Below are positions 28,086 through 45,311 of a stretch of DNA of 64,000 nt, in pieces. This DNA comes from Eledone cirrhosa (taxonomy: Eukaryota). The stretch lies in assembly GCA_964016885.1 (NCBI GenBank), contig OZ024740.1, forward strand, positions 101,246,001 to 101,310,000, given 5' to 3'. The notes under the pieces were generated by a model. That model was not told the DNA's origin and did not search any database. It saw nothing but the letters and a program-made list of their open reading frames with translations. Made by a program: the position numbers and the translations under genes. How positions within the stretch are numbered: position 1 is the first letter of the stretch; every line of letters begins with the position of its first letter.

Positions 28086-28093
<8 letters not shown>
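27459..28093. mobile_element. Non-coding element with identical terminal direct repeats of about 122 bp (pLTR or retrozyme-like partial tandem)
   Basis: 27459-27580 equals 27972-28093 (period 513 bp); TA tracts on both sides; CTGATGA on the minus strand in each repeat. Confidence 0.75.
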
Positions 28094-28139
<46 letters not shown>

Positions 28140-29624
28140 AGAAAGAGAGAGAGCCATTTCTTGTTAAAATATTGTTCTTGTTACGATTTGAAGTCACTAA
28201 AGTAGAGAAATTTCGATGAATTGACTAAGGAATTAACAGTAAGTACATTTTGCTAAACATATTGCTCTGGTGTGTCTAAAAGATAAAACCAAAGAGCCCA
28301 TCAGAGAGCACATGTTAGGCAGTCTCAGAGCACATTCATCATGCTAGCCAAGCCCCGAAATAGAACCCCTTGTTGGTGGAGTGCCTGGAGCAAATGTTAC
28401 ATCAACCCCACTATAAATCTAGCCCTGGATATAGTATATCCTAGAGTACATTATCCAATATATATCCTTCCTTTTTGGGGGTTTGTGTATGCAAGAGTGA
28501 ATATGTTTGAGTGAATCTGTGTTTAAGTTGCATATTGAAATATTAATTTCCTTTCAGCTTTTCACCAACTTATTTAAACTGATCAGCTTCACTATATAAT
28601 TGTTGTTGACATAGACCACCACCAATTTCCTTGGATTTCAGTTTTTACATGTTAAATATTTATTACTGTCTGTTTGTCAATATATTTCAGTTATGTGGTT
28701 GCAGCATAACTAAATGGTTAAGAAGTTCATTTTCCAATCATAAGGTTCTGAGTTTGATCCCATTGTGTGGTATTTTGGCAAATGTCATTTATAATAGCTT
28801 CAGTACAATTTGAGCCTTGCCAGTAAAATTGGGTGAGGTAACTATTTAGAAGCTTGTCATATGTACTGTTTATGTAATTTTAAAGGGTTAGCGTTGTCAC
28901 ACAGTATCATGCTGAATCTCCCTTAAAATTACATTATGGGTATATGTTTGTGGAATGTTGTCACATGTAAGTTAATTTCATGAAAAAGGGAGAAGACATA
29001 GGATGAAGATGTAAAGAATGAGCCCCCCCCCCCTCCCACAAAAAAGTGAACAATAATATAAAATATCTGTCCACCAGTACAAGCACTACAAGACTAAAAG
29101 TAAATATGTTGAGAGACATGAGAATACAACGTTGGTGATCAAATGGAGACAGTATAGGGTTTAAGAGAACTTTTTACTATGGTTGAGCATGTGACAACCT
29201 CTCTAGTGCTGGTGGTGCTACAAAATGCATTGAGTCCGCTCTGTAAAATGGTAGTTCTAATGTCACAAAAGATGAACCAGTACACTGTGTAAGATGTTTG
29301 GCATTAGGAAGGGCATCCAGTCAAAGAAACCATGCCACATATGGAATATATAAGCAAGATGAGGATAGTCCAGCCTATATAATTACTCACACACATGAAA
29401 ACACATAAAACGATAATGATGGATGGTGATATAACCATTTGCACACCTTGTCTGCACCATATGCTGTCCTGTTCCAGGCAAAAGACATTCACTCATAGCT
29501 TCCAGTTTGTATATTGTTCTGTTGTTTCCCACATATCATTCCAGCAGTTTGTTCTAAACAATCATGCAACCAGGGCTCAGTATTATGCATTACCACCTTA
29601 TGCATGTAATTGAGCTGCCTAGTA

Positions 29625-29795
29625 GGTGGCTCCAGTATACTCAGCTGAAAGTGAGTACCAGCAGTTGCTGCGATTTTAACCCTGCAATGGACAGGCATCC
29701 TGTCCATGGGGGAAGTCTTGTACTCTGTCACTTCATGCCATGAAATCAAGATAAGCACCGGCCTAATGAGCCTTCTGGCTTGAGACAGACTTTAG
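29625..29795 (+). mobile_element. Decayed SINE fragment (CORE-like plus V-like domain)
   Basis: gctccagtatactcagctg..aaccctgcaatggacaggcatcctgtcca..cttcatgc..gataagcaccggcct..cagacttta. Confidence 0.55.
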
Positions 29796-29819
29796 ATCCA
29801 ATATGTATTCCATTTTTTG

Positions 29820-29854
<35 letters not shown>

Positions 29855-30634
29855 AAAACATAATTGTTTCTAAGACTATGACATTAATTGAACAGATTGA
29901 ATATATGATAATCAGTGACTTGTTCATCCTATTTATCCATAGTCATGTAATTACATTGTGGTGTGTATGTGGCACATTTAATTCCATCTGTTGTCAGAAT
30001 GTTTGTATGGTAATATAGGTGATTTATATTTAACACATGATCAGCTGAGTTTTTATAATGTGCCAATAAAATTTGTTAATTTATACATATATGTTAACGG
30101 TAGTCTTATGCATATATATGTAAATGCATGCACATACTTAGAATTTTCAATTTACAGTGAAATTCGTATTTCTGTCATGTTTAAATGCACTTATAATATA
30201 CAAATATTAAATATGTATATATATGTATACGTTGGTGCAGTCCCAATTACACACTCTGTATTTATACAGATATAACTTTATCATAAACTTCAGCTGCTAG
30301 TGCACTTCTTATGGTAGTCTTAACAGCAGTTTGTTCTTAATGCATTACCAACATGAGCGCTAAATATATACATATATAATTCAGCCATAAATGGTCTTAC
30401 ATACAATATAAAGTCATAACTGGATTATATACGGACATAATACGACATGGCGTAATACGTATATCAGTTAGATCCATGTGGAGTAACAGCAACCATCACT
30501 GGTCTGACATCGTCAGATGTTATCACAATTATGTGAAGCAGTTGATACAGTGCAGGTAAACACTTCCATGTTTGCAAATGTCCAGTAAATATATACATTT
30601 GCAAACATCGATGCATTTAGTATATATATATGTA

Positions 30635-30692
<58 letters not shown>

Positions 30693-31764
30693 TAACAGAT
30701 TAAAGTTTAAGCAAAGAATCACTGCTTTCACCCATCACCACCTCATTTTTCAGATTTTTGATAATTAGTACTTTGACTTTATTATTTTATAGGATCTTTT
30801 AACTATCATAAGGTTAAGCATATCCACCAGAGTAACATAGGAAACAAAGGGGTCCATAGGTAAAAAAAAGTTGAGAACTGCTGGTCTAAAATGCCACAAA
30901 AAATCCCGATAATATTAACCAATATAACCCTATATTCTATACAGAAAGAAATGAGATAATTGGAACTTGAATGCCTTTGATAAGATGTCCACTCAAACAA
31001 TGCTGAGAAAAATGATCATTGAAGTAGTGAGGAATCCAGTTTAGGTCACTGAAGCCTCTAGCAGTAACGGGCAAAATCGTAAATCACACATACTAGAGTA
31101 TTTAAGTGAGTGTAAATAAGGGAAAATAGGAAATGATATGGTCTTCAGTAGATTATGATAAAAAATATTTTATTTATTGTTTGTATAAAATTATGTATAA
31201 GTTCAATATATTAAAATCTGTCTGGAATATTAAATGTTATTGATTTTTTTTTTTTTTAATCTTTTTGATATATACTGATGTTAGGTCGAATTTACATTTT
31301 TTTAACTTATTTAGAATTTTTGCATAATCTAGAAAATCCTTAATTAGCTACAATGTGGAATATTTTTATGAGAAAAATTATTTATGATGATAATCATTAA
31401 CTTAATTGATCTATTAGAAAGCAGATTTTAAAATTTAAAAAGGGTTTAAAATAATGTAGTCATTAAAATGAAAATCTTATATATTTTGGCTCACAAACCA
31501 ATGTTCACCGGAAGGATATCAGTAACATAACATAGTTTATAGATGGATTTAAACAACTCATCATTTATATATATGCAGAAAACTTGCCTAAAAAAAGGTT
31601 GGAAGGACTCTTCAGGTCTGTCAAAGATATGGCAGCCTCCTTAGTGCTAGTGTCATAATAAAAGGCACATAGTAGAACGAGGGAGCATATGTAGGTGATA
31701 TGTTGGCCCCCAGCCCATCTATGGATTCAGCAAAATCTCACATGAAACAAGCTCTATCCAATGT

Positions 31765-32300
31765 TAAGAGGGCTCTGTAGAAGTAGTTGATAGCTTCTGT
31801 TACCTGGGTGACCAAATTAGCAGTGGAGGTAGGTGTTCCGAGAGTACAGATAGAGAAGGATATAGAAACAGTTCAAGGAGCAACAATAACTGCTAACGAC
31901 AAAAGGTTTTTCTTGAAAAATGAAAAGCATTTTGTATGATGCTTGTGTGTTATCAACAATGATGCATGATAATCAGACCCGGGTGATATGTGCAGAGGAC
32001 TTACAAAAGTTGGAAAGCAAGGAGACTTACTCCAATGGATGTGTACATGAATGACAAATCATCAGTAAATTGAGAGAGAAACTAGGCATATGGGGTGGGG
32101 GTGGGGTGGGGGGTCAGATGCAGTGTAGAGGAGAGAATGCAGTTGTTTGGACATGAGATGCATATGGAAGATGACAGCTATATAAAAATGGTGTAGGGCA
32201 ATCTAAGTTGATGGAAATTATGAAAGATCTAGGAAAGCTTGGGTTGAAAAGTAGAGAAAGCTGACCTTGCACAATTAAACCTTTTAAGAGAGTAGACCAC
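31765..32300 (+). mobile_element. Highly decayed RTE fragment
   Basis: EGSVEVVDSFCYLGDQISSGGRCSES homologous to the RTE copies. Confidence 0.75.
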
Positions 32301-32401
32301 ACGTGACCTGTTGGGTCATGTTCACTTCAAAATATTTTTTTACAATCATGTTCACTTAAAAATAATTTTTAAATTATTAAAATATACACAGACATCTAGA
32401 C

Positions 32402-32764
32402 AATAATTGTTTCTACTTTAGGCACCAGGCCAGCAATTACCCAGTGCATTACTGGTACTTTATTTTATCGACCCCGTAAGGATGAAAGGCAAAGTCAACC
32501 TCGGCGGGATTTGAACTCAGATCGTAAAGGGACGTAACTATGCTGGAAAGCATAATAAAGGAAGATCTGCGGGACTGCGTACGGTTTATTTTTTTTATCC
32601 CGTTACTAAAATAAGTTGGATTACTTTGAATAAATAACTGTTTCTACTTTTGGCACAAGGCCAGCAATTACCCAGTGTATAACTGGTACTTTATTTTATC
32701 GACCCCGTAAGGATGAAAGGCAAACTTAACCTCGGCAGGATTTGAACTCAGAATGGTAAGGGCC
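32402..32764 (-). mobile_element. Two consecutive SINE family 2 (Meta-like) copies
   Basis: 32402-32552 and 32636-32764 are reverse complements of 11650-11798. Confidence 0.85.
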
Positions 32765-33268
32765 ATATGAATATTACATAATTTATCTACTAAATTTCGA
32801 AAACAAAAATAATTTCGTAAAAATAAATAATTTAAAATTGACTTCTTTTCAAAGTTGCACTTCCGGTATATCGTTGCCACCACCACCACTTCAACTATAT
32901 ATATATATAGAAAGAGAGAGTGTGTGATGTCAGCACTTTCGGTGGCAATCGCTTAAATAAACATACTAATTTTCTGTCACTAGTAGTCGTTAGACATGCT
33001 CAACCAATCGTGACACCTAAACCAATCAGCTTTAGTAATCCAATGAAACTACACACCGATAGGTCGAAATACAGTTTGCAAAATGTAGCATCCTGTAGCC
33101 GCTTTTCACTGCATATAAGGCATAGAATTTACCCATCTCATAACAGTTGAAAATTGCAAACTTGACTGTCACCACAGAATATAAACCTGTATATATATAT
33201 ATATATATAAACCTGTATATATATATATATATAAAACGGAGGAAATGTGGTAAGGAACCAGGCGGACC

Positions 33269-33925
<657 letters not shown>

Positions 33926-34006
33926 GTATATATATTTATATATATGTATATATATTTATATATATGTATATATATTTATATATATGTATATATATTTATA
34001 TATATG

Positions 34007-34047
<41 letters not shown>

Positions 34048-34053
34048 GTATGG

Positions 34054-34099
<46 letters not shown>

Positions 34100-34136
34100 G
34101 TATATATATATACATGTATATATATATATATGTATA

Positions 34137-34464
34137 TGGCTTAGTGGTTAGAGCATTGGCTTTGCAATTGAAAGGTTGTGAGTTCAATTCTCAGACTGGG
34201 TGATGTGTTGTTTCCTTGAGCAAGACACTTTATTTCACATTGCTCCAGTTTACTCAGCTGTAGAAGTGAGATGATTGGGACTGGAGTCCCTATCATTCCT
34301 CTGCAAAGTGGTCGTGGAGGTGCCATGGCAAAAAAGCACCCAGCACTCACTGTAAATGAGGTTGGTGTTAGGAAGGGCATCCAGCTGTAGAAATCAAGCC
34401 AGAATCAATTCCCGTCCCACCCTTGCAAGCAGGGTAAAGCGGACGTAAAATGAAATGATGATGA
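34137..34464 (+). mobile_element. tRNA-derived CORE-like SINE with RTE-type tail
   Basis: A box TGGCTTAGTGG, B box GAGTTCAATTC, CORE-like segment, RTE 3' UTR-like tail, (TGA)n. Confidence 0.92.
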
Positions 34465-34488
34465 TATATATATATGTATATATATATG

Positions 34489-34523
<35 letters not shown>

Positions 34524-34784
34524 GTATATATATGTATATATGTATATATATATATATATATATCTATATATATATGTATGTATATATATATATATGTATG
34601 TATATATATATATATGTATGTATATATATATATATATGTATGTATATATATATATATATGTATGTATATATATATATATATGTATGTATATATATATATA
34701 TATATGTGTGTATATATATATATGTATATATATATATATGTATATATATATATGTATATATATATGCATATATATATATGTATA

Positions 34785-34821
<37 letters not shown>

Positions 34822-34839
34822 ATATATGTATATATATAT

Positions 34840-35443
34840 GTCAACAGTTGGTGCTACTGGTAACATGTATCCCAGTACAACCTGTCTCATGGTCGGGTCG
34901 TTGGCGAGTAAACTGGCAACCCCACCAAGGTTTCTTGGTGAGGAGGGTGACTTTGGACATCCTGCAGGACTAAAAACAAAACCTGTCAAAAGGCAAAGGG
35001 GCTCTTAAGAGTCAATATCCATCCAAAATTACCGGAGAGATGACCCCTTAGCCTTTGTCAAAGCAGAAGTCTAGGAGAAGGAAAACTCTGATATAACGCC
35101 TGCAACCCTGATGGTATCCAATGATGTTGAATTGTTCTTCTTTTTGGTAAATATCATCTTGGTTAAGAGAGTGGGACTGGCTTTGTGCAGTGCCTTTGCT
35201 CACTATAAAAGCTTCACAGCACAGGCATTGCTTTTTATCTGGAGATCTCTCTGCACTTGTCGTCACATGGTACCATGGGCCCAGCACTATGTGTCAATAA
35301 TTGTCACAGGTGTAGTGTTTGTACCAGAGTTTTCAAGTCGCTGGCTGGACTAAAAAGTCATACTCGGTCAGCGCATTGGTAGGGGTTCTCCTACATGGAT
35401 ATAAAGTAGTGGTCGTACTCGAAAACGAGTTGGCAGCCACCAT
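34840..35443 (+). mobile_element. Non-autonomous element of about 600 bp, probably an internally deleted RTE-type LINE
   Basis: Three highly similar copies; 3' part encodes C2H2 finger [22 protein letters not shown]; terminal hairpin ctcgaaaacgag. Confidence 0.75.
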
Positions 35444-37696
<2,253 letters not shown>

Positions 37697-39848
37697 ATAA
37701 CTTTGAATAACTTTGAAATGTTTTGGCCAGTATTGGCCCAGGCCATGTCTAACTTAATAGCACCACCTGGCGAAGTCTTTCAATTCAGGATTTGGGCACC
37801 ATGGCCCATTTGAGAAGAGAATTACTGTTTGCGGAGACATATCCGGGTGTGGGTGGTTTGTCCGGGATTACTTGGAGGAATTTGTCCAAAGACTTCTTGA
37901 ATTTTGTGTGGTCAGTTTCTGTTTTGACGTGTCCTGGTGTGATGTTGAAGAGAGCAGGGCCGATTGAGGTGAAATAATTGTGCCGTATTGTTGTTATGAG
38001 TTGCGATTTAGATTTTTGTATGGGACGGATAGCACGGGGCCCAAGCCTTGGGTGTATCTTGAAGGCGATGCCAACATCATTTGGGCAGTGATGATGGAAC
38101 ATTTTGCACATCATGCAGATAATATAACGTTCACGGCGACGTTGGAGTGAGTAAAGTTTCAGGTTTTCTAGTCGACCCCAGTAGTCAAGGTCTGACATGC
38201 CATCTATCTTTTTCGTGATTGCCCTTTGAGGAGCTTCAAGTTTCATGATACTTTGTTTCGTGTGGGGAGACCACAGTGGACAACAGTATTCAAGGTGTGG
38301 TCGGGCAAAAGTAGAGAAGAGAAGGATAATGGTGTGGGAATCTCTCGACTGGAAGGTTCTGAGGATCCAGGAACACATTCTGTGGGCCATGTCAACTTTG
38401 CTGCTTATATGTGTGGCCCAGCTTATGTTGCTGTCCACGGTTACTCCCAAGACTCTGATGTTGTTAGATGCCACGAGAGTTTCCCCGGAGGGAAGGGAGT
38501 ACGGGAGTTTCAGAGCATCCTCTTTTCCAAAGTGGATCAGTTCGAATTTGTCTTCGTTCAGTAACATGTTGTTCTTTTCCGCCCATTGGGTAACAGCCAG
38601 TAGGTCTGACTGAAGGCTTATCCGGTCATCCACGCCATTGATGACCTTTTGGAGCTTGGAATCATCAGCGAAAATTTTAATGTTGCTGTGTTTGATGATG
38701 TCAGTGATGTCATTAATATAGATGATGAAGAGAAGTGGGCCCAACACAGTGCCTTGTGGGACCCCACTACTGACTTTGGCTGGGCTGGATTTGACTCCTT
38801 CAACTACAACATGTTGGGTTCTGTTTGACAGGAAGCTCTTGATCCACTGCAGCAGCTTTCCAGTGACACCAATATTGGACAGCTTTCTCAGTAGAATGTT
38901 ATGATCAACCCTGTCAAAGGCCTTGTTGAAATCAAGGTAGATAACATCAGTGTTGGAACCCTCTCCCAAGGCTCTCAAAATGTCATCAATGTGATGCAGT
39001 AGCTGCGTCAGGCAATCCCTTCCATTACGGAATCCATGCTGGTTGGAGTTCAGCATATTGTTACTCTCAAGGAAGTGGGTCATTCGCGATCTCACCACTC
39101 TCTCAAATACCTTAATGATATGAGAGGTGAGTGAGATTGGACGGTAATTCACGGCAAGGGATTTGTTTCCCTTTTTGAAAACTGGGACAACAGACTGGGT
39201 TAGAAGGTTTTCTGGCACATATCCAGCATCCAGTGAGTTCCGCCACAGATTGGCAAGAGGAGATGCAAGTTGGTGTTGACACACCTTCAAGACACAAGCA
39301 GGGAACCTATCGGGACCTACTGCTGAATTATGCTTGATTTCCTTTATTGCCGCTAAGACATCAGGGGCGCCAAACGTTATGTCCGATAAGGTGTAATGGG
39401 GAGTAACATCGCCGATACAGCCCAGATCGGCCATATCAGGATTGCTGAAAACAGAGCAGTATTGTTTCTGCAGTATCTCACCCATGGTTTTAGCATTGTC
39501 TTGAAGAGTGCCATTTTCATCAATTAGAGGGCCAACAGTAGAGCCAGTGATTTTGTGTTTTTTTGCAAATGAAAAGAACACTTTGGGATTGAGTTTGATC
39601 TTCTCAATGGCCCAGGCCTCTCCAGCTCTTCTCTGATTGTTGATGAGGGACATTATGTTGTTTTGGAGGTTATGTTTTTTAATCTCTAGTGATGAAATGG
39701 CAGTCAAGTTGATGTGTTGCTGCTGACAGTATTTCAGTTTGTTGATTTTTTTTATTCGTTCTCTTAATTTTTCTGATGAGCGTTTTTCTATTTCTAGGGA
39801 TTCTGCTCTTAGATTTATTTATAGTTCTTAATGTTTATAGTTCTTATG
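37697..39848 (-). mobile_element. 5'-truncated CR1-like LINE family 2 with open 640-codon RT frame (37785-39707)
   Basis: GPDRFP, NYRPISLTS, QHGFRNGR, DVIYLDFNKAFDRVDH, SGVPQGTVLGPLLF, FADDSKL, RPHLEYCCPLWSP, PDKPPTPGY..NSNSL; tail (TCAAAGTTAT)x2; no APE domain present. Confidence 0.95.
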
Positions 39849-39974
39849 TATGTATATATATATGTATGTATATATATATATGTATGTATATATATATATA
39901 TATATGTATGTATATATATATACGTATGTATATATATGTATGTATATATATATATGTATGTATATATATATATG

Positions 39975-40024
<50 letters not shown>

Positions 40025-40063
40025 TAGATGTGAGAAAAACCACAGACCCTCCATCTCAACTCA

Positions 40064-40101
40064 CCTTTTGAAAAGCAGAAGAACTGCGAAACCGGTAAAG
40101 G
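40064..40101 (+). ncRNA. Variant minimal type I hammerhead ribozyme motif (U3-A8)
   Basis: cctt-TTGAAAA-gcag aagaa ctgc-GAAA-ccgg-TA-aagg, inside a TA-flanked element at 40027-40240. Confidence 0.65.
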
Positions 40102-40243
40102 AACCAAATAAATATATATATTTAAAAAAAAAATAAGATTTCAGTTGCATTTTCGATTTCATCCCTTTTTCTTTATACTTCCACTCGTGTAGGACACCTC
40201 GGTTATTTTTCATTTTGTAAAAAAAACCTCACTTTCTAATATA

Positions 40244-40303
<60 letters not shown>

Positions 40304-40309
40304 TATGTA

Positions 40310-40342
<33 letters not shown>

Positions 40343-40355
40343 TTATATATATATT

Positions 40356-40518
40356 ACGAAGGAAAAGTGGTAAGGAACCAGGTGGACCATAACGCACCAA
40401 AGTAATCAATACTTAGGGTAGTAGAGTGGGTAAAAGGAACAAGTATGACCCCGACGGCTGAGCTCAAGAATTAGCCGTCGAAACGGCTTGAGCTCAGCCG
40501 TCGGGTCTTACTTGTCCC
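40356..40518. mobile_element. Fold-back pLTR remnant with half hammerhead
   Basis: Inverted repeat of about 28 bp (40440-40515); plus strand gccgtc-GAAA-cggct tgagctc agccg-TC-gggtc; left end matches 33236-33271. Confidence 0.65.
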
Positions 40519-40669
40519 TATATATATATATATATACATACATATATATATATACATATATATAAATATATATACATTTATATATATATATACATATATA
40601 TGCATATATCTACATATATACATATATATACATATATATATATATATATACATACATATATATATATAG

Positions 40670-40704
<35 letters not shown>

Positions 40705-40706
40705 GG

Positions 40707-40763
<57 letters not shown>

Positions 40764-40820
40764 ATGATGATATATATATATGTATATATATATATTTATA
40801 TATATGTAGATATATATATG

Positions 40821-40941
<121 letters not shown>

Positions 40942-41241
40942 GTATATATATATGTATATATATGTATATATATGTATATATATATATGTATATATGTATA
41001 TATATGTATGTATATGTATATATATGTATATATGTATATATATGTATATATATGTATATATATATATATATATGTATATATATGTATATATGTATATATA
41101 TGTATATATGTATATATATGTATATATATGTATATATATGTATATATGTAGATATATGCATATATATGTATATATATATATATGTATATATATTTATATA
41201 TATACATATATATATACATATTTATATATATACATATATAT

Positions 41242-41825
41242 ATGGTGGCTGCCAACTCGTTTTCGAGTACGGCCACTACTTTATATCCATGTAGGAGAAC
41301 CCCTACCGATGCGCTGAACGAGTGTGACTTTTTAGTCCAGCCGGCGACTTGAAAACTCTGGTACAAACACTACACTTGTGACAATTACTGACACAGTGCT
41401 GGGCCCATGGTACCATGTGACGACAAGTGCAGAGAGATCTCCAGATATAAAGCAATGCCTGTGCCGTGAAGCTTTTATAGTGAGCTAAGGCACTGCACAA
41501 AGCCAGTCCCACTCTCTTAACCAAGATGATATTTACCAAAAGAAGAACAAGTCAACATCATTGGATACCATCAGGGTTGCAGGTGTTATATCAGAGTTTT
41601 CCTTCTCCTAGAATTCTGCCTTGACAAAGGCTAAGGGGTCATCTCTCCCGGTGATTTTGGATGGCCATTGACTCTTAAGAGCTCCTTTGCCCTTTGACAG
41701 GTTTTGTTTTTAGTCCTGCAGGATGTCCAAAGTCACCCTCCTCACCAAGAAACCTTGGTGGGGTTGCCAGTTTAGTCGCCAACGACCCGACCATGGGACA
41801 GGTTGTACTGGGATACATGTTACCA
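41242..41825 (-). mobile_element. Copy of the 600-bp RTE-type non-autonomous element
   Basis: Reverse complement of 34858-35443. Confidence 0.85.
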
Positions 41826-41910
41826 TATATATGTATATACATATATATATATATATACATATATATACATATATATATATATACATATATATATATGTAT
41901 ACATATATAT

Positions 41911-42630
41911 ATCATCATCATCATCATCATCATCAACGTTTAACGTCCGTGTTCCACGCTTGCATGGGTTTGGACGGGGGTAGTCCCACTTGAGGCAAGA
42001 GTGATTGTCTTGCTCGCATAGGACTGTCTGGCAGGTTTTCTACAGTTGGATGCCCTTCCTAACACCAACCACATTTACAGTGTGGGTCTGGGAGGTTTTT
42101 ACCGTGTTGCCTACACGGCCACATTACAGCGTGGACTGTGTGTTTTTTTGTCGTGACACCTACACGATCTCATTTGTTTCGGCCTGGATGGCGCGGCACC
42201 AACATAACTTTACATAGAACGGGGTGGTGTGGATCGGGTGGGGGTGGGGGTGGTGGGACGGGGTGTATTTTGTTAGAGATGCCTACTGGCTGGAGTAGGT
42301 TTTACTATATATTTAGGTAAGGCGGGTCTTCTCTGTTACTGAGTACCGCCAAAGGTCTCGGTCCAGTGACATTGTCTTTGAGAGGTGTAAGTGTGTGATG
42401 TCGGAGTTTATCAGCTCGTCCCAGGTTTTTCTAGGTCTGCCTATTCCGTGGCTACCGTCTATCTTTATTGCCCTGCACTTTGTTATACAGCTATCGACTT
42501 TCATGCGCATCACGTGACCGTACCAACGTAGCCTTCTCTCGAGTAAACAACATCTGATCCCTCTTATTTCTAATTTTTTCCTTAGTTTGTTTATGCTTTG
42601 CCGTTCACGTTTATGCTTTGCCGTTCACGT
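41911..42630 (-). mobile_element. RTE subfamily A 3' fragment
   Basis: RRLRWYGHVMRMKVDSCITKCRA; near-identical to 49110-49810 in inverted orientation; 20-bp tandem duplication at the 5' junction. Confidence 0.93.
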
Positions 42631-42642
42631 ATATATATATAC

Positions 42643-42697
<55 letters not shown>

Positions 42698-42741
42698 CAT
42701 ATATATATACATATATATATATATACATATATATAATATAC

Positions 42742-42796
<55 letters not shown>

Positions 42797-42848
42797 CATA
42801 TATATGTATATACATATACATCATCATCATCATATATAATATATATAC

Positions 42849-42885
<37 letters not shown>

Positions 42886-42956
42886 CATATATATGTATAT
42901 ACATATACATACATATATATATATACATATATATATACATATATATAAATATATAC

Positions 42957-42989
<33 letters not shown>

Positions 42990-43140
42990 CATATATATAT
43001 ATACATATATAGGTATACATATATACATATACATATATATATACATATATAGATATACATATATAGATACATATATAGATATACATATATATACATATAT
43101 AGTTATACATATATAGATATACATATATACATATATATAC

Positions 43141-43223
<83 letters not shown>

Positions 43224-43372
43224 CATATATATATACATATATATATATATACATATATATATACATATATATATATATATACATGTATATATACATATAT
43301 ATATATACATATATATATATATACATATATATATACGTATATATATATACATATATATACATATATATATAC

Positions 43373-43407
<35 letters not shown>

Positions 43408-43456
43408 CATATATATACATATATACATATACATATACATATACATATATATATAC

Positions 43457-43505
<49 letters not shown>

Positions 43506-43531
43506 CATATATATATACATATATATATATA

Positions 43532-43589
<58 letters not shown>

Positions 43590-43800
43590 CATATATATAT
43601 ACATATATATATATATACATATATATATACATATATATATATATACATATATATATACATATATATATATACATATATATATACATATATATATGTATAC
43701 ATATATATATATACATATATATATATACATATATATACATATATATACATATATATATACATATATATACATATATATACATATATATACATATATATAC

Positions 43801-43850
<50 letters not shown>

Positions 43851-43874
43851 ATATATATATACATATATATATAC

Positions 43875-43943
<69 letters not shown>

Positions 43944-43944
43944 C

Positions 43945-44023
<79 letters not shown>

Positions 44024-44842
44024 TATGTATATACATATATATGTATATACATATATATGTATATACATATATATGTATATACATATATATATATATATAT
44101 ACATATATATGTATATACATATACATACATATATATATACATACATATATATATGGTGGCTGCCAACTCGTTTTCGAGTATGGCCACTACTTTATATCCA
44201 TGTAGGAGAACTCCTACCGATGCGCTGAACGAATGTGACTTTAGTCCAGCCAGCGACTTGAAAACTCTGGTACAAACACTACACTTGTGACAATTATTGA
44301 CCCATAGTGCTAGGCCCATGGTACCATGTGACGACAAGTGCAGAGAGATCTCCAGATATAAAGCAATGCCTGTGCCGTGAAGCTTTTATAGTGAGCAAAG
44401 GCACTGCACAAAGCCAGTCCCACTCTCTTAACCAAGATGATATTTACCAAAAAGAAGAACAAGTCAACATCATTGGATACCATCAGAGTTGCAGGTGTTA
44501 TATCAGAGTTTTCCTTCTCCTAGAATTCTGCCTTGACAAAGGCTAAGGGGTCATCTCTCCCGGTGATTTTGGATGGCCATTGACTCTTAAGAGCTCCTTT
44601 GCCCTTTGACAGGTTTTGTTTTTAGTCCTGCAGGATGTCCAAAGTCACCCTCCTCACCAAGAAACCTTAGTGGGGTTGCCAGTTTAGTCGCCAACGACCC
44701 GACCATGGGACAGGTTGTACTGGAATACATGTTACCAGTAGCACCAAGTGGTGACCTGACATATATATATACATATATATATATATACATATATATATAC
44801 ATATATATATACATATATATATACATATATATAAATATATAC

Positions 44843-44873
<31 letters not shown>

Positions 44874-45024
44874 CATATATATATATACATATATAGGTAT
44901 ACATATATACATATACATATATATATACATATATAGATATACATATATAGATACATATATAGATATACATATATATACATATATAGTTATACATATATAG
45001 ATATACATATATACATATATATAC

Positions 45025-45121
<97 letters not shown>

Positions 45122-45280
45122 CATATATATATACATATATATATATATACATATATATATACATATATATATATATACATGTATATATACATATATATAT
45201 ATACATATATATACATATATATATATATATACATATATATATACGTATATATATATACATATATATACATATATATATAC

Positions 45281-45311
<31 letters not shown>

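Noticed and set aside
30455-30525. Minus-strand CTGACGA with a possible stem II
   Set aside because: No GAAA or stem I closure follows
34845-34925. HDV-like ribozyme at the 5' end of the 600-bp element
   Set aside because: P2-like (ccagt/actgg) and P4-like (gtcg/cgac) helices are visible in the other two copies, but I could not build consistent P1 and P3 helices
37785-39707. Domesticated or host RT gene
   Set aside because: 5'-truncated in a TA tract, LINE-type tail, related 3' fragment at 5859; best read as a young LINE copy
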